Positions 50,841-62,996 of a DNA stretch of 64,000 nucleotides are shown here, in pieces. The first letter of the stretch is position 1. Every line of letters begins with the position of its first letter. The notes under the pieces were generated by a model, which saw only the letters and a list, made by a program, of their open reading frames with translations, ran no database searches and was not told the origin of the DNA. The DNA lies in NCBI GenBank assembly GCA_965235115.1, contig OZ249436.1, positions 36,644,001 to 36,708,000 on the forward strand, given 5' to 3'. Source of the DNA: Laetmonice hystrix. Taxonomy: Eukaryota. Both the position numbers and the translations under genes were made by a program.

Positions 50841-51659
50841 ATGGTTGTCAAAACTGACCAGGATAGAATCAAGGCTTTGCTTGGTGAGGCCATACGAGTT
50901 CTGTGCAAGAATGGCCTAAACTACAAGCGTGAGTTCAGCATTGAAGGCCTTCTTGGAATTACCTTGGACAGTGAGGATGTCTTTTTAGTGAACATAAATG
51001 AAACTGTTAGTCCAGGGCCAGAGGCAGCGCCTAGCTCACCCCAAAGAGAGGGAGATGGCCACAGAACATTTTCATCGAAAAAGGAGCGTCCTCATGATTA
51101 CATTTCTCCCAAGTCTCCAACACAAGATGTCCGAGTTCCTCCACAGCAGGCACCAGTTCTGCCCGTCTTAAAAACAGACAACCACATGCAGCTGCCAGTG
51201 AGAACCTGCGAACAAAGTGAGGCTGCCTCATTTTCAGAGCATTTGGAACATTCTCAAAATAGAAAAAGACTAAGGACACCTGAGAGAAATTTTAGGCTAA
51301 CACAGTCGGGAACAACATCACAAGAGGAGTTAGAACATTCTGGGGGTGGGCATGATTATGTTATGGTTAAACGTGAGCGCCTGAGTGACTCTGAAAGTGA
51401 ATCAATGGTACATATGTCACAGCCTGTGTTCAGGGGGGAGGAAGACAGTGTGAACAGTCAGGGAGAGGCCAGTGACCAGGCTGATCTTGGCTTGTCCTCC
51501 ACAGCTGATGATGAGCACCAACAAATTGCTGGGAGGATGGTCCCAGTATCCACCATGTGGGACCCCAGTACACTAGGCTATGCACTACCCACAATGGCAG
51601 GCATGGCAGCCATGGCACAATCCTTTAATTCTTCCATAGGAGCAGCTGTTCTCAATCAG
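50841..51659 (+). CDS. Zinc-finger gene, shared first coding exon (compact N-terminal domain + low-complexity linker)
   Basis: Acceptor tttcag| at 50806; ATG 50841; 273-codon ORF ending AAT CAG|GTATAG (phase 0). Confidence 0.88.
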
Positions 51660-52635
51660 GTATAGAATCCTTTGGTACAGTTTTTTGGCTAACATTTTCA
51701 GACTCTAGAAGTAGGTTTTCCCCATTACTTTAAGTAGACTGCCTATTTCCCTAGAAAGTGTCTGGTAGATACCTGTGGTAGATACAATGCTTACAATCTT
51801 CTCCAGTGAGTGTTGTGCTTTTGATGTAAGAAGCTCTCTTCGACTGAAGACTTTCCGAGACTTGTTGGATCAGTCAGCCTCCTATGAGTGACGTAGAATT
51901 TAAGATTATATAACATCCCCTTTCCTCAAGGATAGGCCCTTCCACTTGAGAAGGTACTAATGTTTTCAGTAAGGCAGAATCAAGTTAGGGCAGATGGATA
52001 AAATGAATGCTCAGAACTTGTGAAAAAGGGAAAACCATGTTTGCTTTCAATGGGAAGGAAATTTTGGCAAGACACATACATGTCTGAATCTGTGTAAGGT
52101 CTTCAAGAATTGTTCAGCAGACTGACTACTTATTATATTGACGTATATATCGATTTTTGAAACCAACTTTTTTAGTCAGGACTACTTCAAAGAAAAAGAA
52201 AAAGAAGCTAAAAAAAAGGTTTTCGGTATATGCATCCATTCGTTCAACTTCTTATCAGAATCCTGTACCATCAAGAGAATTTGCATTTGTGAAAAGCAGT
52301 GGCCTTTTCAGCTTTGTATCGCATGTATTGATTCCTTTAATTTTCAAATTTGTTAGCCGAACCCTCTGACAGTAATTAATAGCATACATGTAAAATTTTG
52401 TGAAAAGCAGCAACCTTATTTTTGCAGATGAATGTCAAAAGGGATGCATTGTTTCAGCCACTTGGACCACAAACCCGCACATGAAAGTATCTAATGCGTT
52501 GCCATTTGATGCCCTGAATTTCTTCCTCATTTTTCATCAGATTTCAATTATTATGTAGTTTTTGAGCTCATTATGTGGTTTTGGCTATGTACATAAGAGC
52601 TCATAATATATATGTGGTTTTGGCTGTGTGTGTAG

Positions 52636-52833
52636 GAGCTCATATGCCCCGTGTGTGGCAAACAGTATGCGGCCGGCCTGCAGTGGAAGTATGAGCGGCA
52701 CATGGCCACGCACGGACACCGCACCTGTGAACTGTGTGGAATGACGTGCAAGAATTCCCAGGCCCTCAGGGCTCACCGCTACAGGCACAATAAGAAACTC
52801 AAGATTCTCTCCAACCAGAGTAACAATACCTAG
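52636..52833 (+). CDS. Alternative terminal exon 1 with two C2H2 fingers
   Basis: tgtag|ELICPVCGKQYAAGLQWKYERHMATH-GHRTCELCGMTCKNSQALRAHRYRH..*; phase 0. Confidence 0.78.
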   Translation, partial: ELICPVCGKQYAAGLQWKYERHMATHGHRTCELCGMTCKNSQALRAHRYRHNKKLKILSNQSNNT

Positions 52834-53189
52834 AGGTGGGTGGGTTCCCGTGGACAGCACTTTTCTTTAGTTCACTCAAGTTCAAAATGCTGACACTTTA
52901 GTAGAAAAGGAAAGCTGAAAAAGTCAACTCAAAGTTGTTGCCACGAGATTTCAAGGACAAGGTTACATCCCTCACGAAAGACCCAAGCCCCATACAAGTA
53001 ATCCAGTCTGACAGAAATTCTAGCAAGAATATAACATTTCGCATCATGTGAAACGTACAATATAAATGAGTTATAGTTTAGATTAGGGTCAAGTTAAATT
53101 ACTTAAAGAATAGCCAGAATTGTGCAAGTTCACTTTGCAAATACGTTACAGTGGGACTGATTTTGCAGTACAGTAATCGTGGATTGTAA

Positions 53190-53443
53190 AAGCTGCCGCA
53201 GACCACGAACATTTGTTCACGAACATTTTGTTCCTGAACAAAAATCCGCTCGTGTGCCGTGATCAATTGTTCGTCGGTATTCAACATGTTTAATATTTCT
53301 GAACAAATGTTCGTCGTCTGCGGTAAACCACGAATTTCTGTTAATCTGCATGTCGAATACCTTCGAACAATTGTTCGCGAACATTAATTGTCCATGCAGA
53401 TTTTTGTTCGCGAACAAATGTTCGTTGTCTGCGGCGGCCTTTA
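53190..53443. mobile_element. MITE (intronic)
   Basis: GCTGCCGCAGACCACGAACATTTGTTC...GAACAAATGTTCGTTGTCTGCGGCGGC. Confidence 0.75.
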
Positions 53444-54244
53444 AGTTTAAGAACACAACATGTCACTTGTACATTATAATATTTTAAGCATCTTCCTAAT
53501 TGAAATGTTGATGAAAAAAGTCCTCGCTCAAATGGCCAATGTAGTGAAAGAAAAATTGCACAATTCTCTGGTGTTACATATGTAAACATTGCACTGTAGT
53601 ATAGGAATGCTGATATTGCTGTCTCTGCAGCCAACCAGTGGTGGTCTGTTTCTGTCTGTTCTGGTATCTAGAAGCACTGTCCAGGTAGTTTCTACTGCTA
53701 TAGAGTTACCTTATATCCTTGTAGATGACCCTGCACTCTACCATCATGTCTCTGGGTCGGTAGTGTCTGTTATTCTCCTGTCCTGTCATTAATTTAGTCT
53801 TTTTACAAGTTTCCTTTTAATCAGCAATATTATTGCTGTTAACGGTATTCATTTGGTGGTTAGAGATCAAATTGATTTATTTTCAAAGCCTTTCGTTTTC
53901 ATTAGGGATTGAGTTCTTCACTACAAGTAAAGAACGTATGTAATATGACCACCAAAGAAAATTTATTGACTACTTTTGATGGGATTTCTTTGATATCGAA
54001 AGCACTCCTTTCATTGTGATTTTAAATTAGCTGAAAGAAACTTATGTACACATTTTTTTATACATTCATTGTAATTAATTTTAGAGGGAATGTAGTATCG
54101 GAATCTTTAAAATTGTTAAGTGTGTTTGTCATTGTGGTGTTGAATCTAATGGAAGCATTCCTTGCAGATGTTTGGCAAATTGTCTTTCAACTACTCTGTT
54201 GACATAATGTGATGAAGCACGTTTTGTTCTGTGTTTTCCTTCAG

Positions 54245-54562
54245 GGAGCGTCAGTATTTAGTGCTTCTCCCTTGGCAAGTCGTTCACTTCTCAATCCTCA
54301 AGCCATACTGGGCAGACGGCTCTCATCATTCTCCTCGTCCTCGTCCACCAGAGGGCGAACATTTGTTTGTCCTGTGTGTGGAAAGGTTGTCCGCACTAAC
54401 CAGGCTCTCCGTGACCACATAGCAACTCATGAACAAACCAAACGATATCAATGTCAGTACTGTGGACAACAGTTCGTCCATCGATCCTCGCTCGCCAATC
54501 ATCGCAGAAAGTGTGTTCAAGGAGTAAATGGAAGCCATCCCGATGGGTGGGCAAAGACTTGA
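54245..54562 (+). CDS. Alternative terminal exon 2 with C2H2 + C2HC fingers
   Basis: ttttccttcag|GASVF...FVCPVCGKVVRTNQALRDHIATH-EQTKRYQCQYCGQQFVHRSSLANHRRKC..*; phase 0. Confidence 0.87.
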   Translation, partial: GASVFSASPLASRSLLNPQAILGRRLSSFSSSSSTRGRTFVCPVCGKVVRTNQALRDHIATHEQTKRYQCQYCGQQFVHRSSLANHRRKCVQGVNGSHPDGWAKT

Positions 54563-55498
54563 AGTCTATGATGATGGAAGACCCCAGTAGTGTTACTGGT
54601 CGTAGGGTGCTCATAGAACAGCTCAGATAGCTGCTGTTTTTATACCTTTAAACACGGGCCATGAAACTTATCTTGTTATCCTATAAGTAGGATGGGTAGT
54701 TCGAACCCTCCAAAATGACTAAAATATTTACACTGTACATCGTGTATATGGGTCCAAACTGCAAGCTGTTAAAGGCATGAGAGAAACAAATTTCCGCAGC
54801 CACGGAGAATATTCTCATAGACTTAAGTTCAAAATGGGGACAAGAATCACATGAAAGAACTGATAAAATCAGAATCCTTGGCATCAATAGATCTTGCAAT
54901 GGCTGTTTTGGGAACAAGGGAGTTTCTAGGAAAGATTTCCAGAACGGATGCAGCCTAACGTGGCAGCTCTGAATGGGCATCCAAGGGTGAGTAGCCCTAC
55001 ATGGGCGACCCCGAGTGTCCGTGGGCAACTGTCGGCCAGTAACATAGTGACGTCTACATGATACAGCATGTGATCTATTATGTTGAACAATAACATAGTG
55101 ACAGATTACAGTAATCAGAGTAATGCTGGTGGAGCTTATGGGATGGCACATATCGTCCGAATATGTGTAAATTATGTTTCATTGAGATTTATTAAATGAA
55201 ACAAGAATGAATTTTAACAAAACTTGGAATATTGGTTCGTATTACCGGTATCTCACTAAAATTCGATAATGGGGCAAAGTTTAGGTTCTCATGTTAGGGC
55301 ATAGAAATTGATTTTTTTTTACAATTACTGCAAAAGAAGTAGAATCAAATGTTATGCCTCATTGTAAGATGCTAATCCTTTTATTTTTTTCTCTTTTTGG
55401 TCACCCAGATCGTTTCTTCCCAAGTGCTTTGCATGGAAGGTTAAAAATTATGTTATGTATAAGGTTTTAAATACGCAGCTCACTTGTTTCAAGAATAA

Positions 55499-55610
55499 AG
55501 GCCCTGATACACGACCGATTTACGGCCGATTTTTCTCTATAGGAAAACTATAGAGAAAAATCGGCTGTATCTCAAAATCGGCCGTACATTGGTCTGTGTA
55601 TCTGGGCCTT
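55499..55610. mobile_element. Short MITE (AGGCCC..ATACAC TIRs)
   Basis: AGGCCCTGATACAC...GTGTATCTGGGCCT; internal CGGCCGATTTT/AAAATCGGCCG. Confidence 0.7.
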
Positions 55611-55612
55611 AA

Positions 55613-55931
55613 AGGGAGGGAAAACCCACACGGCAAATAAGATTTCGTAGACCAAATGAAACACCAGCATTTACCTCAGGGCAATAAATGCCACAATTAC
55701 CTTGTCTGAATGAAGTAATTAACGTGTAACTGCCCGATGTGTGATGCCTCTGGTTCTTACCTTGACCTGCTTGTGTGTTCATCAGAACCGAATGCTGCAC
55801 ACCACGGCATATTGCATAACATTACGTGTTACTCTGCTCACAGACCTTGTCTACACGATGTTTGGAGTCCCAACGTTTGTAAACGTCCGAGGTCTACGGA
55901 ACCTTATTTACCGTGTGGGTTTTCCCTCCCT
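55613..55931. mobile_element. TTAA-flanked MITE (Kolobok-like)
   Basis: TTAA-AGGGAGGGAAAACCCACACGG...CCGTGTGGGTTTTCCCTCCCT-TTAA; TIR about 40 bp. Confidence 0.85.
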
Positions 55932-57058
55932 TTAAGATGACGAAGCTAAGGCTAGTAGAGCATCAGTCCTTGTCAGAGCTTGTCAGATACATGCAGGTAT
56001 AGAGTCTTAAGTGCTGTACGCATTCCATGACAGTTTATGTTGTACAAGTTGTTATCTTTTAAAAGATGCAAGAAGGAGACAAATATGTGAGCCTCTCAGT
56101 CATTTATGAGGGGACAGGAGCTAACTGAGTTGCATGTCAGAGATTATGTGAATCCTGTAGTTGCCAAGGACTATTCTCCTTTATATTTTTAATATGAGAA
56201 ATCTTTGATGAGCTTTCATTTCATTGGGGGCCGACCTGACCGCAATGGTTTTAAACTGGTGTAGGACTGAAAAGTCCCTATCTGGAGATCCTATATGTGT
56301 ACTATAGACCCGTAGTATAGACCATTGAGGAGCTTCCCATAGACTGTTCTGTCAGCGGTGGCCTGTAATATACACTAGGCATCTCAAGTATTATGAAGAA
56401 TTTGGTAAACTCGACGTTTCACACTGCCAACTCTTAGTTCTTCCCATTTCCCAAATTCCATGTTACAGGCGCGTGTGCAGGATTTTTCGCGGGGGGGGGG
56501 GGATGATGTGGCGATCAAAGCCCCACATCAGCCAAAGGCCGAAGTGGTATTCATATTCAGATTTCGACCCCAGAACACAACCCCCCCCCTCCCCCCGACA
56601 CGCGCCTGGTAGGGGTTGTGATCGTGGCGTCGCATAGACTAGTAGCGTGCCAGAAAGAGTACTGTGTGTATACTGTAATACAAAATAGTGTTACAGTTTA
56701 TCCCAATTTTTCCGATGATGAACGTGGCAACACATAGCGTGTGATAATATGAAGTCCTAGTTCAAAACCGGTCAAAATGATGCTGTCTCGTTGCTGCTGT
56801 GCTTTCAAGGTGGTCGAAGGAGATGAAAGGATCCACCACCGTGCGAGGTTCCACCTGGGTATTATTTACAGGAAGGTGCAGGACACTATAAATTTGTGAC
56901 CATTTCCCGTGTCGTTAGTGATATTGTGGTGCAGCAATGGTGGACGCAGCAGTTGGTGACAGACTAATTTCCCTGGTTGTATATTTTATATGTGACAGTT
57001 TAGCATATTTGTCCCTGGAGACAGGTCTGTACCATGAATCGGTGTGTTCACTCATCAG

Positions 57059-57676
57059 GGGGGTGTTTTACAACCCGTGACAGTTGTCGTGCATGTCGTA
57101 GACAGACAGATGTGTTTCACAACTCGTGTCGTGCGTTAAAAACCTGTACGATGGGTGTCGTCAACCATGGCCAAAATATACAGCTCTCGCCCTGTGGTTA
57201 AGCCGTCCTAACGACTCGTTAATTAATCAATCCTTTTATCTGGAATATGAATACTGATGAATTCGGCTGCATTTTACCTCTGAGAATTGCATGGGTAGAA
57301 ATATATACTTGTGCCAAAAATGCTGCACTCTAACATTAGAGGGAGCGGCAGCCCCAATCGTTTGTGGCAAAGACGCCTCTACAACCCAAAACGAGGTGAA
57401 AGACTTTTTTGAGTCACCACAATCCACATGATTACTTTCAAAAGCGATTAGGAGTAGACATGTATTTATGTTTGATGAAACCGTATCAGCTTCATCCATC
57501 TGTATCATGACTTATCAATGATGTCCACAGAGATTTGTGACATTAGCAACAGCGACAAGCCAGTGTATGAGAAGCTAACGCACGACACGAGTTGTGAAAT
57601 GGGTAGCGTAGACCATGTAATTAATTTCCAAGTTGTTCGCTGTTACGGCACAACATGATGTTATGAAACACCCCCC
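57059..57676. mobile_element. MITE with GGGGGTGTTT termini and CAG flanks (Harbinger-like)
   Basis: CAG-GGGGGTGTTTTACAAC...GTTATGAAACACCCCCC-CAG. Confidence 0.55.
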
Positions 57677-58560
57677 CAGGGTAGTGGCTATATCATTATT
57701 AGTCCAGGTATGCTGCTACGTAGTTTATGTACCTCAGGCTGTTAACAGAAGCTGTATTGTGGCATTGTCTTATGTATGGCATAAAAGAGCAAAAGATGGA
57801 AATAAATTGAGTGCATTTGTGAATAATAGCCATATCAACTTTTCAAAGAATTCTGTTCATCTCTTGATACGTTTGGAAGTCGGATAGGGATGGGTAATGC
57901 TGCGTAGAAGTGCAATAAAAAGTTAGGTTAGATTTCTCGTCCAAAATTGGCCAATGATGTTCTTATTGACCTATTTCTAATTAGGATTTTATGTTTGCGT
58001 TGCCATTTTGTCATTCATATTATTTGAAGCATATGCAGGCCCATACGGGGGGGGGGGGGGGGGGGCTCCGGAACCCCCACCCCTGGGAAATAGCGTTTCC
58101 GGCCTTCCAAAATGAAAATTCTCCAGGGGAGGATCCCTGGACAGCCCCCCCCCCCCCAACATCAATACCTTGCGCTCACACAGTCACACTCGCAGCATTA
58201 CATGGACGATCCCTGCTCGGTGGTGCCTAATTATGGCTAATATTAAAATTAGCCTATTTTACTACTAGGGAGAACCTTTCCTTAGTCTTAGACTATGTTC
58301 ACCTAGCCGCCTCAGACTCAGTAATTCAATGGAAATTGTCTAGCCCCCTCAATAATTTAATGGGAATTACGGGCCTGCTGTGTAATCACGGTGTTGTCTG
58401 GTCGGGGAAAGTGTGCAAGTGATTCGTGAAGTGAGATCCAAAACTCGAGCACAGATGAGAAATGTGTGACATAGCCTCATAGTCATAGACCAGTTAGCGG
58501 ACCCCCCGATCTTCCAGTCTTACCGGATCACGTTGAGCCATCTCGAGGCGGATGTTGTCA

Positions 58561-58577
58561 CCGGAAGATGACGTCAC
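58561..58577 (+). promoter_or_regulatory. ETS + CRE composite motif upstream of STUB1
   Basis: CCGGAAG-A-TGACGTCA-C about 130 bp before the ATG. Confidence 0.5.
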
Positions 58578-58702
58578 GGGCATTATGGGTTATACATGTA
58601 GGATGGTGGTTTCGATGGTTTGCACCAAGAAGCGAGGCAAACTTGTCCCGTCTTGATGCTATTTGTAACAAGAAGGCCATCATACTGTAGAGTAACACAA
58701 AT

Positions 58703-58810
58703 ATGGGGACGAAGGGCAATCAAAGTGCTGTAGAACTGAAGAGTCATGGCAACAGATTTTTCTCTATACGCAAATACAACGACGCCATAGACTGCTACAC
58801 CAAAGCCATC
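58703..58810 (+). CDS. STUB1: STUB1/CHIP E3 ligase exon 1 (TPR)
   Basis: MGTKGNQSAVELKSHGNRFFSIRKYNDAIDCYTKAI|gtgagt. Confidence 0.92.
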
Positions 58811-60429
58811 GTGAGTTCGAACTTAGTTTCACTTTTTTTGTTTTGTGCTTCAGTTCAATTTGTACTCTGTAGGCTAGGTGGTACCTTTGTCTAACGTTAG
58901 GGTAATTCGGCCTAGGGCCTATCCCCAGCCCGAGGCCTAGCCCTAGGTCGGGCCTGACCACTTGGGCTTGGCGCTGGGCCACTCTTGGCAAGTTATACGC
59001 AGTGGTTATGGCAGAATAAGTAGGCTAACGTTAGGCCTAAAAAAAATTAGTTAGCCTTATTTTATTAAAGCTTGCTAATAAGTCAATGTTCTATGAGATG
59101 ACGCACTGCCCTCCCCGGTCACCAGTCGGGTCGGCGCCCGTTCGGGACTGGAGGTGATCGGCGCCGATCAAATATCAAACATTTTTTATATTGAATCGGG
59201 GGGGGGGGGGGGGGGGGGGGTGATTAGAGGCAAGCCAATAACCTACAGATGGTCAGGCGTAGCACGCGGCGGCTCCGCCAGTGTCGCGGTCTGTTTTCTC
59301 CGCGGTCTGAAATCTCCGGGAGGTTGGCTGCAGAGTCGTGTGTATTTGTATTGTTCTCGGTCAACTATCTGAAATATCTTGTCAGGATGGAGTCTCACGT
59401 AATAACCCTTTTCTCCTCTGTCAGTTTTGGTCCATAATTTCCCTATCCAGGCTGTCGTTTATTACAGTTTAGAACAAAACTCCTCTGCCTATCAGCTAGC
59501 AGACGACCGGAGGTGTGAGCCCAAACTGTGACACGCGCATGCTCACATCGTCAGGTTCGGTCTCTAAACAATAGGAAACCATGCACCCGGAGATTGCAGA
59601 CCGGCGGAGAAAACAGACCGCGACACGGACAGAGCCGCCCACGGGACTAAACTATCACTAACCCTAGGCCAAACCTTAACCTTAACCGCCTAGGCCCTGG
59701 TCGAGTACGTAAGGGTCAGAGAGAGAGAGAAAGAGAACGGAATAAATAGAGTTGGCAGCCGTTTGTTGTTGGCGGCCAGATCCTGTATACACCTTCGTGC
59801 CAACTGGGTTGCGACTGCCTATGACCCACTGCCAGTGGCGCCCGATCACGTCCCGAATTCAGGCAGTCGGGACGTGATCAGCCCCGATTTTGTCCAGTGC
59901 GTCATAGCCTTTACGGCCACAAAACAATATGTTTGGGTTAGCCTTAGGGTTAAGGTTAGGCCTAGGGTTAGTGTTAGTTTAGTCCCAATATTGTTGTTAA
60001 TTAGGCACTAATTAGATAATCTGCCATTCTGCTGTCAAACGATATCCAATAAGAATCCAGTATTGCAGTCACATGACCCATCCATACGCCAGCAGAATAA
60101 CCACTACCTAAGTTATATTAGACTAATTAGTGCGGTACCATACGTAGTAAGTTAGAGCCTACACGTACAGTACAGACAGTCAGTAGTGAGGCCTATCAAA
60201 CTATAACTTACTGAGGGTGTACGTTAGCCGTTTACGGATTTATAGCATAGCCTAGCCCTAATCAGAGGCTAGGACAGTTAAAAGGACACTCAATATGGAC
60301 CTAAGGACTAAATCTAGTAGGGAGAGCCCCTGGTGGCCAACTGAAACATTAAAGGCATTACCCACTTATAAAGAAATTCTGCATTTAACGAATTTCTTTC
60401 CGTGGCCCCAAGTGCTTCGTTATAGCCAG

Positions 60430-60583
60430 GGGCCGGTTTTACTAAAGGTCCTTATTTAAGGACGTCGCTAATTTAACATAGAAGTGAATGGGTTGCTAGG
60501 TCGAAAATAAGGACCTAGCAACCATTCACTTCTATGTTAAATTAGCGACGTCCTTAAATAAGGACCTTTAGTAAAACCGGCCC
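60430..60583. mobile_element. Near-perfect palindromic MITE, CAG target duplication
   Basis: About 72-bp arms, short loop; CAG-GGGCCGGTTTT...AAAACCGGCCC-CAG. Confidence 0.88.
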
Positions 60584-60714
60584 CAGATTCCCCTACAGGC
60601 TCTTTCATCTCAGTACCTTTGTTTAAAACTGACCATATCTGCAATTCCTACTTACTACTTAGTACTATTTATGTGAGTAAGGGACAGGGAACCTCTGCCT
60701 ACCACCATCACCTG

Positions 60715-61318
60715 GGCCCGGTTTCTCCAAACATCTCAAGGAATTTTGAGAACGTGTGCTCAACTGGCGTGCTCAAGGCGTACTCAGCAGTTCTTAGCGG
60801 TTGCTCGAAGCATCTCAGGCTTGAGAACCCGTTCTCAACTCTAGACATAGATGTCTATGCTCTAGACTATGCAAGATTCTATTACGTCACTGATGACAAT
60901 GAACGACGTCACTAACGACAATGAACGACGTCACTGGTGACAATAGATTACGTCACAATAACAATAAGTGTGTCAAGTTGTTTGAGCGATTGTCTGCTGG
61001 CGCGTATTTTTATACACGACTTGCAAATGTTCCTGCCGACTTTTGCGGTCGTTTTTTCACATTATTATTTCACAAAGACACTCATGAAAGGCAAAGTTGG
61101 GAAAGGAAGGAAGAGAGTTGCTAACTGGAGTGTGGAAGATGAGTTAATTTTAATTTCAGATGATGGTGCTCAAAGTTGAGCATGCTATGGGAGCATACTC
61201 AGAATAAGGCAGTTGAGCACATACTTAAGTACGTGAAAAAGTTTCGAGAAACGCCTCCGTGCTCAAGTTGAGCATAAGGTACTTAAGTACGCCTTGAGAT
61301 GTTTGGAGCAACCGGGCC
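60715..61318. mobile_element. Harbinger deletion derivative with Myb/SANT-like ORF remnant
   Basis: CTG-GGCCCGGTTTCTCCAAACATCTCAAGG...CCTTGAGATGTTTGGAGCAACCGGGCC-CAG; internal KGRKRVANWSVEDELILI. Confidence 0.75.
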
Positions 61319-61914
61319 CAGGACTAAACTGTTCAGATATCCCTGGAAGACTATAATGAAATTTTCCCATGGACCAGGTGATAGTGGTAGGCCTAGGCTC
61401 CCTGTCGCTTACTTGCATAAACAGTACTTCCAGAATTGCAGAGTTTTAAGTTGTAATAGGCCTATAATGTTCCCTATTCCTAACCGGTGGTCCGCTGTCA
61501 TTAGTATCATTCGCAGTAGTCCGCAGTGAAAAGTGCTATCCAGTTCCCCCCCCCCCCCAGACACACGTTTTGGAGGGACCTAGGCTACCATAAAATTTGA
61601 GTCTTTAAGTTGCACCATTGTCATTGAAGAACTAATTGTGTCATAGCAATTGGGCCAACCTTTTTACTGCATATGTGATCAGTTGATGATTACAAGGGGA
61701 TGCATCATTGATAACAATTTTTGCATGACATCTTAGTTTGTATTGTAAAAGTGCTTTGCTATTTGAAGTGCAATACCATTTAAATTGAGTCAAGAAGTGT
61801 CTGTATGGCAATCGTTGGCATTGATAGGTGAAGTGAAAGTTTGTGTATTTGTTCATGGTGCTTTTTGTTTTCTTTTTTGAAGCTGGTGATAACATTTATA
61901 TTTGTGCATTTCAG

Positions 61915-62113
61915 TCAAAGAATCCTTCAATACCAACACTTTTCACAAATCGGGCCCTGTGCTATTCAAAGCTACAACAGTGGGAGTTAGCATGCCAGGA
62001 CTGCAAGCGAGCACTGGAAATGGACCCTGCCCTTGTAAAGGGTCACTTCTTTCTTGGCCAAGCTTTGTTAGAAATAAATCTTTATGATGAGGCCATCACA
62101 AGTCTTATGAGAG
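61915..62113 (+). CDS. STUB1: STUB1 exon 2 (TPR)
   Basis: cag|SKNPSIPTLFTNRALCYSKLQQWELACQDCKRALEMDPALVKGHFFLGQ..LMR|gtaatt. Confidence 0.95.
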
Positions 62114-62830
62114 GTAATTAATCAGGATATGCCATAAGTACTTGACATTCTACTTTCAATCTTTGAAGTGGTACTGGAATTAGTTCCTATACAGCGGAGT
62201 CTAGTTATAACGAAGTATTTGGGGGGTGGAAAATAATTCATTATATATGAGGAAATTTGTCAGGTGGCAAAAGCTGACATAAATTTACTTCTGGCCAAGT
62301 TGGTAACAAGTCGCTTCACAAGTCACCAGTAGTAGGCAAGCTAAACCTGGGCATGTGTAGGGCCCTTCATTCCTTCCCTTCTGGTGGCCCATGCCTGCCA
62401 ACTTTGGCCCCGGGTCTGTTGTCACTTGACCTACTTCGTTAAAGCTGGGCAATTCGTCAGTTTAGGGGGAAACTTGCCTTCATTATAAGGGTAATTTCGC
62501 TATAGCCAGATTCGTTATATCCGTATTTTATTATATTAAAAATAACAAAAAATATTTGATTCCTAAGAATGACTTCGTTATAGGCAGAATTTCATTATAG
62601 CCATGTTTGTTATAATTGGACTCCACCATACATATTTTTGTGTCTAATGAGCTAAATTCTCTATAGCCAAAAGGCCTGCTTGATATGGAACAATTAAATG
62701 AGTGTATAGTAAAAGAAATACCTGCAGTTTATTTAATCAATTACTCACAACATTTATATGAACACGTGTTGGCTTGTCAGAAAATTATTACGCTTTCACT
62801 GATATGTATAATGCAACTGGATTATTGCAG

Positions 62831-62996
62831 CACATGATTTGGCAAAGGAGCAGAAGTTAAATTTTGGCGATGATATAGCAAGTGCACTGAGACAAGCAAA
62901 AAAGCGCCGCTGGACGGTCATAGAAGAAAAAAGAATTCAACAAGAAATTCAACTCCAAACATACTTAAATAGATTGATTTTGGAAGAAAAAGAAAG
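62831..62996 (+). CDS. STUB1: STUB1 exon 3 (helical linker)
   Basis: cag|(A)[54 protein letters not shown]|gtaatg. Confidence 0.95.

Noticed and set aside
52138..52369. Lys-rich ORFs as additional ZF-gene terminal exon
   Set aside because: A-rich low complexity, no zinc-finger motif, weak acceptor support
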